Part shown: piece by piece, positions 22,804-30,946 of the stretch
How the letters are laid out: every line of letters begins with the position of its first letter
How positions within the stretch are numbered: position 1 is the stretch's first letter
IMG/VR virus record: IMGVR_UViG_3300037501_000029
Direction: 5' to 3' (one strand)
Length of the DNA stretch: 64,000 nt
DNA from: a virus
Program-made: the position numbers and the translations under genes
Notes under the pieces: model-generated
Database searches by the model: none
Told to the model about the DNA's origin: nothing
Seen by the model: the letters and a program-made list of their open reading frames with translations, nothing else

Positions 22804-23084
22804 ATCGGAACCTCCGCAATCGACTTTTTTGCTTTGGCCGAAACAGCCAAAATTTCGATTGCTTGTGTCAATAAAACTGCTGGGACCTCCACCGGGAACT
22901 TGCAGTTCTCTGGGCGGCTGACGCCGTCCACCGCCAGTTGGGAGAGGCTCGCGGCCCCATCCCAGTACCACAACCGCCTTGCGTTGGTTAGGGTAACTTC
23001 TTGGCCCTTCTTCGATTTGAGCGTCCCGGCGAAAACACCGGCGCTGTAGGTTCTTACGATTACGTACTTGCCAATCACTTGCAA
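22791..23084 (-). CDS. hypothetical protein, 97 aa
   Basis: Track ORF (MQVIGKYVIVRTYSAGVFAGTLKSKKGQEVTLTNARRLWYWDGA...). Confidence 0.55.
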   Translation of the reverse strand: MQVIGKYVIVRTYSAGVFAGTLKSKKGQEVTLTNARRLWYWDGAASLSQLAVDGVSRPENCKFPVEVPAVLLTQAIEILAVSAKAKKSIAEVPIWQC

Positions 23085-23299
23085 CTCCTTCCTCTCATTT
23101 CAACCAAATCAAGAGGCTGCGCTGCCTCGGACAGACGCAGCCCCTGCCCGCTGGCGAGATGGAGGAAGACCGCCAGCAAGATTAAACCCATAAGCATCCC
23201 GAGCACGGTGTACACCACCGCAGCCCGGTCGAACGGTCGCCGCGGCTGCTCGGCCAGGTGGCGGCGGACCTCGAATGAGAGGGCTTCGTTGGGGGTCAC
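23075..23299 (-). CDS. small membrane protein (start uncertain, about 74 aa)
   Basis: Track ORF 23075-23374. Best-supported start is the GTG at 23299 (GTGA overlap with the upstream stop, GGAGG 5 nt upstream). One TM helix (VVYTVLGMLMGLILLAVFLHL). Confidence 0.35.
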   Translation of the reverse strand: MTPNEALSFEVRRHLAEQPRRPFDRAAVVYTVLGMLMGLILLAVFLHLASGQGLRLSEAAQPLDLVEMRGRSCK

Positions 23300-23430
23300 A
23301 TTCCCCTCCCGCAGCACCATGAAAGAAACGACGCGAAGCCGAGCGCGAGCACGCCCAGGATGCACCAATCCCACTTCGCCCAGAACTCTGGCGTGGCCGG
23401 CGGACGCTGAGGGTTAGGTCGGCGGATCAT
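23296..23430 (-). CDS. small membrane protein, 44 aa
   Basis: Track ORF 23296-23511 trimmed to MIRRPNPQRPPATPEFWAKWDWCILGVLALGFASFLSWCCGRGM. ATGA overlap with the upstream stop. Confidence 0.35.
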   Translation of the reverse strand: MIRRPNPQRPPATPEFWAKWDWCILGVLALGFASFLSWCCGRGM

Positions 23431-23564
23431 CGCGCAAACCTCGCCAGCATCGACACCGCGCCAATCACGAACGCGGCGATCAGGAAGAATGCGACGATGA
23501 TGCCAGAGCACAGCCAGAACTCCAGCCAGTCGAGATGCGGCTTGCGCGGCGGTTCGAGTGTCAT
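23427..23564 (-). CDS. small membrane protein, 45 aa
   Basis: Hand-translated: MTLEPPRKPHLDWLEFWLCSGIIVAFFLIAAFVIGAVSMLARFAR. ATGA overlaps at both ends. Confidence 0.35.
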   Translation of the reverse strand: MTLEPPRKPHLDWLEFWLCSGIIVAFFLIAAFVIGAVSMLARFAR

Positions 23565-23893
23565 CTCATCTTCTCCTCTTTGATAATTGCGATAACCTTT
23601 AATCCCAAAAGTCTAAACTTCTTAGACAATGGCAGCGTGGGCTTCCGTCTTAGCTTTGACCAGTCCCAACACTGGTCAATGCGCCATGCCGCTCTGACGG
23701 CGCTGTGCTCATTCAGCATGTCGGTCACAAACGCATAGCCACTAGAGTGAGAAATGGTCCATTTGTCACGGCGCGATATTGTCTCGTGGACGAATAGCGA
23801 TGTGCCGATCTTCGTCGCCTTAACTGGTATTGGATACCGCTTTGGCGCGTGAGTCATTATGTCGCGGATCATCGGTCGAAAGTTGACCTTCAT
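23561..23893 (-). CDS. hypothetical protein, 110 aa
   Basis: Track ORF. Lower-GC segment. Confidence 0.5.
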   Translation of the reverse strand: MKVNFRPMIRDIMTHAPKRYPIPVKATKIGTSLFVHETISRRDKWTISHSSGYAFVTDMLNEHSAVRAAWRIDQCWDWSKLRRKPTLPLSKKFRLLGLKVIAIIKEEKMR

Positions 23894-24090
23894 GACGTCC
23901 CCCCCTCCTGGTCAATCTCCGACAACAATTCCGTCTCCAGGCATGCGCCATCTGGCACGCTACCTATTAGGATGTCGCTGATCGCCTCGTACAGCGCCGC
24001 GTTCTTCGGCGCAGCCCGTCTCAGCCGAGCGCTGAGAGAGTCGCCGTCGCAGTCGGCCTGGGTGCAGCCGGGGGGCAGGTCGCTGTTCAT
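23890..24090 (-). CDS. hypothetical protein, 66 aa
   Basis: Track ORF 23890-24141 trimmed to MNSDLPPGCTQADCDGDSL.... ATGA overlap with the upstream stop. Confidence 0.4.
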   Translation of the reverse strand: MNSDLPPGCTQADCDGDSLSARLRRAAPKNAALYEAISDILIGSVPDGACLETELLSEIDQEGGTS

Positions 24091-24710
24091 CCTCGACCTG
24101 CTTCTTCCAGCGCATTGATCGGCAAATCTGTCACGGCCCATTCCGCGACGGGGATAATCGCCTCTGATCTTGCATCCGCAGCTCTCGCCGCCGACATCGC
24201 CACCTCCTCATTCGCTGCTGCTGCCGCCGCCGCCGCTCTCGACGCCTGCCATGCTGCCACCCACGGGTGCGCCCACGTTGGTCTCGCCCACGCTGACCAC
24301 ACCGCCAACTTCAAACGATCTTGCCCAGTCAGCCATTTCATTGCCCATTCCTTCCACGCGGAATTGGGATTAAACGGCCACGCACATCCGATTGCAAATC
24401 GCACTCGCTGCTCTGTTGTGATGACAGGCAGCACCATCTGGCAAATCGTGGTCAGAACACGACAGCCGCATTTATGATCCAATTCGCGCTGGCCGATTTC
24501 GCCTTCAGCTTCCCACATCAGTGGGTCCTTATAACCGCCGTGAATAGGATTCATGAAAACAGCCACAAGCGGATGCTCGTAGGCATGAATCCATCCATCC
24601 GTGCAGAGTGGCTGATCGGGCGATCCTTGCGCTGTGTGCGTTACACCCGCACCCCATTGTGTCTTGCCGCGCGTCTTCTTGAAGGCATCAGTCAGCTTAT
24701 AGAGCTTCAT
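24087..24710 (-). CDS. hypothetical protein, 207 aa
   Basis: Track ORF 24087-24881 trimmed to MKLYKLTDAFKKTRGKTQWGAGVTHTAQG...LCTDGWIHAYEHPLVAVFMNPIHG. Ala-rich C-terminal tail. Confidence 0.55.
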   Translation of the reverse strand: MKLYKLTDAFKKTRGKTQWGAGVTHTAQGSPDQPLCTDGWIHAYEHPLVAVFMNPIHGGYKDPLMWEAEGEIGQRELDHKCGCRVLTTICQMVLPVITTEQRVRFAIGCAWPFNPNSAWKEWAMKWLTGQDRLKLAVWSAWARPTWAHPWVAAWQASRAAAAAAAANEEVAMSAARAADARSEAIIPVAEWAVTDLPINALEEAGRG

Positions 24711-24928
24711 CTTCTTATCGCCTGTGCTTTGTGTAGCGCGTCGAAGATCGCTCGTTCCTCGGTCGTACCGTTGCCGCTGACTACCGGGTCGTCGCCCGGG
24801 AACCGAAGCACGCAATACCAGAGGCCAGTTCTCACGAGATCGTATACTACCGATTTGCGTCCATCCTGCCGGTTGATCCACTCGGTCAGTGCGGCGCGGG
24901 CACGGTCGAGCGCCTGAGTCTCACCCAC
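24707..24928 (-). CDS. hypothetical protein, 73 aa
   Basis: Track ORF, second gene of the RHH-led operon. Confidence 0.45.
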   Translation of the reverse strand: MGETQALDRARAALTEWINRQDGRKSVVYDLVRTGLWYCVLRFPGDDPVVSGNGTTEERAIFDALHKAQAIRR

Positions 24929-25121
24929 GGCGAACCTCCAGTTTAAGCTCCATCGCCACCCGCGCGTCGTCGAGCAATGCCTGCTCGACGATGGCGGACT
25001 TGGAGATGTTCTCCATGGACGCGATTTTTGAGACAGCGGCCCAGATGTCCGCTCTTACCGTGAGGTTGGTTTGTCTGGTTTCGCCGGAAGATTCCGGCTC
25101 AGCGGGGGGTGCTTTCGACAT
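24921..25121 (-). CDS. ribbon-helix-helix (CopG/Arc-like) transcriptional regulator, first gene of the early operon
   Basis: 66 aa. NLTVRADIWAAVSKIASMENISKSAIVEQALLD fits the RHH beta-strand plus two-helix pattern. Immediately downstream of the repeat-containing intergenic region. Confidence 0.55.
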   Translation of the reverse strand: MSKAPPAEPESSGETRQTNLTVRADIWAAVSKIASMENISKSAIVEQALLDDARVAMELKLEVRRG

Positions 25122-25123
25122 CG

Positions 25124-25155
25124 CAATACAAATGTACGACTGTACAATCGTATTG
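25124..25155 (-). promoter_or_regulatory. candidate operator/promoter for the RHH-led early operon
   Basis: Minus strand reads CAATACGATTGTACAGTCGTACATTTGTATTG. Outer inverted repeat CAATAC/GTATTG. Three 8-nt-spaced GTAC/GTAT units (GTACAGTC GTACATTT GTATTGCG). Possible -35 TAGGCA / 17 nt / -10 TACATT. The ATG is 3 nt after the element, so the mRNA would be nearly leaderless. Confidence 0.35.
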
Positions 25156-25208
25156 CCTACACTATCTTTCGATAGATCCCGTTGCTACAGCATCACGGCC
25201 GGATCAAA

Positions 25209-25829
25209 CTAGGGAACCAATCCCTTGAGGTAGTCCACAATCACTAGGACGACGTCGTGGACCGTGCAACGGCCATCGCCATTTTGGTCATCAGCGCACG
25301 CCGCCGCACCCCGCGCCTGAGCATCTATCAAGAGCACGTCCTGAACCGTTGTACTTCCATCGCCGTCGATATCGCTGCGGGCCAGAACCCGAAGGCTGTA
25401 GACGGGACCGGCGGCAATCGGCAGCGCTGCACCAACCCCAGTGGACGCAAGAACCTCACTGAGCGGCATGGCGACAACGCCAGCCGCCGCCGCTGGCGGG
25501 ATTTGCACCGTATAAGTGGCGACAACGCCCGTCTGGATGCTGGTTTGGTTCAGGCCGTACAGCAGACAAATGCCATTCGCCGGATTGCAGGAGAGGCGGT
25601 CCTTGTTGGCGGCAGTCGCCGCAGCGCCAAGCGCCTGAGATGCGCTCCAGCCGGTTGGCAGGTCTAAAGTCCATTGCAGAGCCGCGGGTCCGGCAGCGCC
25701 GCCTAGGGTCAGCGGAAGCGTCACAGTGGTTCCCGGCCGGGCTGAAGTTGGACCGGTCACGGTCAGGGTAGATTGCGGTTGAGCGAACACGGCAACCGCT
25801 AGGCCAAGAAATAGGGCAATTGGTCTCAT
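25209..25829 (-). CDS. secreted cohesin-like + dockerin domain protein
   Basis: 206 aa. Signal peptide MRPIALFLGLAVAVFA-QPQ. Cohesin-like beta-sandwich pattern (TVTLPLTL...ALQWTLDLP...GVVATYTVQIP). C-terminal dockerin duplicated Ca-binding loops (DIDGDGSTTVQDVLLI, DQNGDGRCTVHDVVLV). Confidence 0.6.
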   Translation of the reverse strand: MRPIALFLGLAVAVFAQPQSTLTVTGPTSARPGTTVTLPLTLGGAAGPAALQWTLDLPTGWSASQALGAAATAANKDRLSCNPANGICLLYGLNQTSIQTGVVATYTVQIPPAAAAGVVAMPLSEVLASTGVGAALPIAAGPVYSLRVLARSDIDGDGSTTVQDVLLIDAQARGAAACADDQNGDGRCTVHDVVLVIVDYLKGLVP

Positions 25830-25832
25830 AGC

Positions 25833-27875
25833 TTAATTTTGCGGGATTAAGTGCGGCCGCGCATCAGAAGTCACTAGAGTTTGTCCCCCAGCCGCAACTC
25901 GTCTGGTGCGGATGTAGTAAATCTGGCCACGCTCCAGTGATGATGCCGTGAGTGTACATCCTGTTGAGCAGGCGGTAGGGGTGCCGGAAGTCCACGAACT
26001 GCCGTCCGTGGAGTAGTCGAGTGCGGCTTGGGTTTGCGCGGCGTCCACCGGCGCTCCCAGCCCGGCTGTCAGTGATGCCGTTCCAGAGGTTGTCGCCATC
26101 GTCATCGCCGACCCAGTGAACACGTCGTACCCGCAGGTGATCCGGTGATAGTAGGTCGTCGAGGCCGAAAGAGGAGTTGTCACGCCGAAGACAATCTCGC
26201 GCCAGCGCTGCCCGGCGGACGTGTTGATCGTCTCGACAGGAGAGGAGAAATCGCTGGAATCATCGAGGACGGTAGTACAGGAGTCGGTGGCGGCTGGGGC
26301 ACGCCACTTCACGATCATGCGGGCTTCACCGCCGGTTGCCGTGTTCGTCCCGGCATAGTAGCCGCGGTTGGCGAGGGTTGAGGGGCTGGAAGCGGTAGCG
26401 CGGTAAGTGGTGGTAGCGAGCGCTGCGTCTCCGAAGTGGGAGGCGGGTTCGTTGGTGGCGAGGTTGTTGCCGTCGAAACTGGTGCAGGTTCCGCCGCCGC
26501 TGTAGCCGGTTGCGTAGGCTTGGCCGCGTCCTGTCCAGAACTGATTGCGGTTGGAGTTGCGGATCGGGCCGAGCGCGGAGGCGCAGATGCCCGCGCTGCC
26601 AGAGGAGGAGGCGGAAGAGAAGATGGAGTCGTAGGCCGCCCATGGAATTGCTCCGCTCATGTTGTAGAGCATCGAGACGGCATAGCCGCCCGCCGTGGCG
26701 AAGGTGGAGTAGCGTACGTCCGCGCCATAGGTGAGGTCGAGAGGAGGAGCAAGCTTGACGCGGGCGGCGGCGTCGTAAGTGAACGTGCCGTTGCAGGTTG
26801 TCCCCTCGCCATTATCGCCCATGATCCGGAAAACATCCTTGGACACGGCGTCTTTGATCCGCCAAGTGCCGTTGGCGGATGTGCAGCCCTGCACATCAGA
26901 GATGGTGACACGGTGGCCGGGGATGGGGACCTGGCCGCCGTAAGGCGAGTACGTCGCCGTGATCTTGATGAAGCCGCCATCGTCTACCGCGCCGTCAACG
27001 TCACGTGAGGTGTACTCGCTCACCACATCAGAGTGCCCATCGGTGAGGACGTTGCGGTAGCGGTTGTAGCCCCAAGCCGTCACGCCTTTTGCTGAGCATC
27101 CGAATACTTGGAGATCATCTATCCAGATGTAGTTGGCTTTGACGTCGAAACAATCGTTGGCGACTGGAGTTTGGCTTTCGATGCGAACGCGGGAGAAGAG
27201 GATGTTGCTGCCTGCCTCCATGCCGATGTGATCTGATCCGGTACCAGTTCGGATAAATACAGCATCCTGGATGATCATGTCGGAGCATCCAACATAATCG
27301 CCGTTGCTTGATCCCGTTTGGGCTGAACAATCGAATCCCGTACTCACGCCGTTTTCCAAGTGCGATCCGAGAATTCGGTGATGAATGGCATCGGTTAGCG
27401 GGTTGTAGATGAGTCCGAAGCCGGCGCTTTGAATTCTCACCCCCTTAATCACGATGCCGGGATGCGTGCCCTGAGCCAGAATTGGCCCATAGGAAGAATG
27501 CACATTCACGATGCTGAATCCAGCGAAGGTTTGCCACCCAACATTCGCCACGGTGAAGTTGGCGAACCGGCGACCTGATGCCGATTCAAGATCAAATACG
27601 ACCACCTCACCTTGATAGGCCCGCATAGTAATGGGGGCCGATTGTGTGCCAGAGACCGATGGCGTGAGGAAAGTGGCGCCAGTGGTCGTGTAGCGCCCGC
27701 CGCGGATGTAGATGGTGTCGCCAGCGGCGCTCTGATTGTGGGCGTACTGGAGCGTCGCGCAGGGTGAGGAGATGGAAGTGCACGCTCCACTGTCTGTGCC
27801 GCTTGTCGAAACGTAGCGGTCCGCAGCGAGAGCTTGGACTGCGAAGAGGATGAGGATACTACTGCGAGACCGCAA
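25833..27875 (-). CDS. secreted right-handed beta-helix (pectate-lyase-fold) protein, candidate polysaccharide depolymerase
   Basis: 680 aa. Signal peptide MRSRSSILILFAVQALA-AD. N-terminal RYVSTSGTDSGACTSISSPCATLQYAHNQSAAGDTIYIRGGRY is typical of beta-helix (DUF1565-like) proteins. Confidence 0.65.
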   Translation of the reverse strand: MRSRSSILILFAVQALAADRYVSTSGTDSGACTSISSPCATLQYAHNQSAAGDTIYIRGGRYTTTGATFLTPSVSGTQSAPITMRAYQGEVVVFDLESASGRRFANFTVANVGWQTFAGFSIVNVHSSYGPILAQGTHPGIVIKGVRIQSAGFGLIYNPLTDAIHHRILGSHLENGVSTGFDCSAQTGSSNGDYVGCSDMIIQDAVFIRTGTGSDHIGMEAGSNILFSRVRIESQTPVANDCFDVKANYIWIDDLQVFGCSAKGVTAWGYNRYRNVLTDGHSDVVSEYTSRDVDGAVDDGGFIKITATYSPYGGQVPIPGHRVTISDVQGCTSANGTWRIKDAVSKDVFRIMGDNGEGTTCNGTFTYDAAARVKLAPPLDLTYGADVRYSTFATAGGYAVSMLYNMSGAIPWAAYDSIFSSASSSGSAGICASALGPIRNSNRNQFWTGRGQAYATGYSGGGTCTSFDGNNLATNEPASHFGDAALATTTYRATASSPSTLANRGYYAGTNTATGGEARMIVKWRAPAATDSCTTVLDDSSDFSSPVETINTSAGQRWREIVFGVTTPLSASTTYYHRITCGYDVFTGSAMTMATTSGTASLTAGLGAPVDAAQTQAALDYSTDGSSWTSGTPTACSTGCTLTASSLERGQIYYIRTRRVAAGGQTLVTSDARPHLIPQN

Positions 27876-28926
27876 AACCGCCTCCAGGTGACCAGATCTT
27901 GTCCACGATCAATCCGACTTGGCCTACTCGGCCAGGCACCGTGGACCACGTCCCGCCGCTCGTCCGCTCCGCGTAGACCCAGTTAGAACTAACGGCATAG
28001 GACTGATACAGATAGGCGGCATCGATGTGCTGCCAATAAAAGAACCCAACACTCGGCGATGTCTGAAGGTTCTCCATCGTGACGTAGTACGTGCCTGCGC
28101 TGAGGATGATGGGCGCGGCCAGTTGCAATTTGGCCGCATACTGGCCGGTCGATTGGTCAGTATCCACGTTCCGCGTCTCGCTTCCGCTGATGACGGTTCC
28201 AGTGGCATCGCGCAATTGGAGTTTCCAGAGCCCGCCACTCGCGTTGACGCCATGCCCCCAAAGCCCGATAATGCTCAATGGCGACGAGATGGTGAACTGG
28301 TTGCCGTAAATGTTGGTCGCGGAATTTGAGGCGAACGTGACTTGAGTGACAATGCCGGGGAAAACGTGCATCTTGGGATAGACTTCTGCGCCGGTGGAGT
28401 AGCGAAAACGGACAGTTGGGCTGTACTGATACTTCGTCGCTGAACCGGCATAGCAGACCAAATAGCCGGTTTGTCCACCAGCAGCCGCGCCTCCATTGAT
28501 CTGGAGGTTGCCCGCTGTTGAGGTGAAATCCACTCGAATTGCAACAAGATCGCCGCGTGTTGCGGAAGCGGCGGTGCCGAGTGCAACTTCGTAGAAGGTA
28601 TTGGAAGCGGGCGAGGCGATGGTGCCAACGGTCATGCCGCCGTACGCAGAACCAGCGAGAGCGTCTGTGCCAACCGTATAGAGTCCAACGTCGAGAGATT
28701 GCGGCGTCGTGACGGTCCCGGTCCTAATCGTGACATGACTGATATTGCCGGTCTGTGGAACTTCAAGAACCATCAGCGCGTACTCTCCGGAGGCGTCCAT
28801 GGTGCATTGCTGAACGCCGGATGAGCCTCCATCAGAACTCATATCAGGGAACAAAACAGGATGCGGTAGAGTCACCCATTGGCAGTATGCGGCTGTAGAG
28901 AGGAGCAGAAAGAAAATGGTTCTCAT
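27859..28926 (-). CDS. secreted hypothetical protein, 355 aa
   Basis: Track ORF 27859-29046 trimmed to MRTIFFLLLSTAAYCQWVTL... (signal-peptide-like). Beta-rich composition. Confidence 0.55.
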   Translation of the reverse strand: MRTIFFLLLSTAAYCQWVTLPHPVLFPDMSSDGGSSGVQQCTMDASGEYALMVLEVPQTGNISHVTIRTGTVTTPQSLDVGLYTVGTDALAGSAYGGMTVGTIASPASNTFYEVALGTAASATRGDLVAIRVDFTSTAGNLQINGGAAAGGQTGYLVCYAGSATKYQYSPTVRFRYSTGAEVYPKMHVFPGIVTQVTFASNSATNIYGNQFTISSPLSIIGLWGHGVNASGGLWKLQLRDATGTVISGSETRNVDTDQSTGQYAAKLQLAAPIILSAGTYYVTMENLQTSPSVGFFYWQHIDAAYLYQSYAVSSNWVYAERTSGGTWSTVPGRVGQVGLIVDKIWSPGGGFAVSQ

Positions 28927-28931
28927 GATAG

Positions 28932-30926
28932 CTACCTGTTGATGGTCAGTCCGATACTGAGGAGTTGGAAGGTCGCCGCCAGAGTGTCGCTCGCGTGCGT
29001 CCGGTTCCGCAGGATCTTCAGCAGCATCGTCTCGCCGCTGGAGCATCCCGTCAGCGTCAGGCCAGTCAGGCTGAAATCATTCGCCAGCAGAGTTGTTCCG
29101 GCGGCGGTCTCCGTGATTGTCTGCGCGGTGTTCCAGGCTGGGTCCACCGTCTCGCCGTTGGCAAAACACGCCGTCTGGAGCTGGATCACCACATCCCCCG
29201 TGGTGGCGCTGGTGCGCCACTTGCCGCTCACATTGATTGAAGCAATCGTGCCTGTCAGCGGGATGGTGGCTTGGGCGTAGTAGTCGCCGTCGGCATCCGG
29301 CCATTCGAGGTAACCAACCAGAGTATTCGTCCCGGTGGCGCATCCAGGCGAAGGATAGAGCGATGCTGGCAAGGCGAAGCCTGTCCCCGCCGCCCCGAGT
29401 TGACAATTCGCGGCTGGAAACGAGATATAGGCCGTAGACGACCCACCGCCACCATCCCCTTGCAATGTCCAAGTATTCGTCGCCGTGCAGCCGTAGACGT
29501 TCTGTCCAGCCGTGGCGTCCGTGTCGAAAAACACGTCGCCGATCGTGCAGCTTGCGGGCACAGTCGTGCCGGTCTTGATCCGGACCGCCGATGCGCCGCT
29601 GAAGTCCAACGTGCCAGCGAAGGTGTTGTTCCCGAGCCAAGCATTGTCGAGCGCCAGATAGGGGATGACCGTCGAATCCGCGCTCCAGACGCAATCCACC
29701 CCTGTGCAGGTCTTGGACAAGCCACTTCCCGCCGTCATTGCGCCCCACGATGCAGATGATCCGTCCGTGGTGAGGTATTTGCCGCTATTGCCCGTCTGTG
29801 AGGGCAACGAACCGCCGGAAACTGTTGCCCATGTACTATCGCCACGAAGGAACGTCGTGCTATCCGCCGTGCCGGAACCAAGCCGCGCTGTCGCGATTGT
29901 GCCACTGGCAATGTCTGAGGCCGGATGCGTGTGCGTCGATCCCGCTTTTGCATCAAGCGCCGTCTGTAAGTCAGTCTGATTGCTCAGGGTCCCGGTAATC
30001 GAGCCCCACGTCGCGGCGCCGCCACTCTGCAGCGTCCACGTGTTCGTTGCCGTACAAGCATATGTGTTCTGCCCCGCTGTCGCGTCGGTATCAAAGAAGA
30101 ACTCGCCTACGGAGCAAGTCGCCGGCGCCGTAGTTCCAGACTTGATCGGCTTCGTCGAAGTTTTCCCGCTGACATCGAATGTCGCGGCCAAGCCAAGCGT
30201 CGGGTTCCCGCTCACTCCATCGGCATTGGTGACCGTGATCTCGTTCGCGGTCCCGGTGATTGTGCGGGCCGTAGTCACGCCCGTTGCCGTTCGGACCAAA
30301 ACGCCACTTGCCGAGGAGTCCACAAGACAGGTGGGGCAGGAGATCACGCCAGATGCGGCGACAATTGGGGCAGTGCCAGAGACGGAAGCTGATACAGGAG
30401 CCATCAGTATTGACCCATCTGATTGTCGGGTTGGAACGTATCCAGCCCCCGCGCCGCTCTGCGAAACCGGCACGTACTGAGATCCATTCCAATAAACGAT
30501 TCCGCCCTTGGCCGCTCCGCTCTGGCTAAGGCGTGACAAGGGGATGGTCTGGTTTGTGATGGCTGGCGCGGTCGCCGGGTTGAGAGTGGCGAATGTCGTA
30601 GTTGTTGGCCAACTGGGGACCGTAAAGTACATGGTTTGCGGAGCACCGCTGGAAGGCACAAAGCGGATCTGATAGTAGGTCCCCGGAGCGCAAGTATCGG
30701 TTGCCGAAAGTTGCATTGTCGGTGACATGACGCCAGTCGTCACAGTGTAGGTGAGATTGAACGGTGGCATCGTCACGCCATCGCATACGCGCGTATTGCC
30801 TGAGACCGTGATGACGCCATTCCAGCCTCCAAGATTGGGGTAGGAAGGCACATCCGTCACGGTCACGACAACCGGGACACCCCATCCGAGAGAGGTGATG
30901 AGGAGCAGTCCAGCGATGAATTTCAT
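28932..30926 (-). CDS. secreted / fibre-like protein with an internally duplicated Cys-containing module, 664 aa
   Basis: Signal-like N-terminus MKFIAGLLLITSLGWG. Two copies of the module G-T-T-x-P-A-x-C-x-x-G-x-x-F-F-D-T-D-A-T-A-G-Q-N-x-Y-x-C-T-A-T-N-T-W-T-L-Q (aa about 264-300 and 453-489). Confidence 0.6.
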   Translation of the reverse strand: MKFIAGLLLITSLGWGVPVVVTVTDVPSYPNLGGWNGVITVSGNTRVCDGVTMPPFNLTYTVTTGVMSPTMQLSATDTCAPGTYYQIRFVPSSGAPQTMYFTVPSWPTTTTFATLNPATAPAITNQTIPLSRLSQSGAAKGGIVYWNGSQYVPVSQSGAGAGYVPTRQSDGSILMAPVSASVSGTAPIVAASGVISCPTCLVDSSASGVLVRTATGVTTARTITGTANEITVTNADGVSGNPTLGLAATFDVSGKTSTKPIKSGTTAPATCSVGEFFFDTDATAGQNTYACTATNTWTLQSGGAATWGSITGTLSNQTDLQTALDAKAGSTHTHPASDIASGTIATARLGSGTADSTTFLRGDSTWATVSGGSLPSQTGNSGKYLTTDGSSASWGAMTAGSGLSKTCTGVDCVWSADSTVIPYLALDNAWLGNNTFAGTLDFSGASAVRIKTGTTVPASCTIGDVFFDTDATAGQNVYGCTATNTWTLQGDGGGGSSTAYISFPAANCQLGAAGTGFALPASLYPSPGCATGTNTLVGYLEWPDADGDYYAQATIPLTGTIASINVSGKWRTSATTGDVVIQLQTACFANGETVDPAWNTAQTITETAAGTTLLANDFSLTGLTLTGCSSGETMLLKILRNRTHASDTLAATFQLLSIGLTINR

Positions 30927-30946
30927 GATGTACTCCGTGGTATTAG

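Noticed and set aside
29460-30179. Duplicated module in the 664-aa protein considered as a diversity-generating retroelement template/variable repeat pair.
   Set aside because: No reverse transcriptase gene anywhere in the window. The two copies are both coding and differ at all four bases rather than specifically at adenines.
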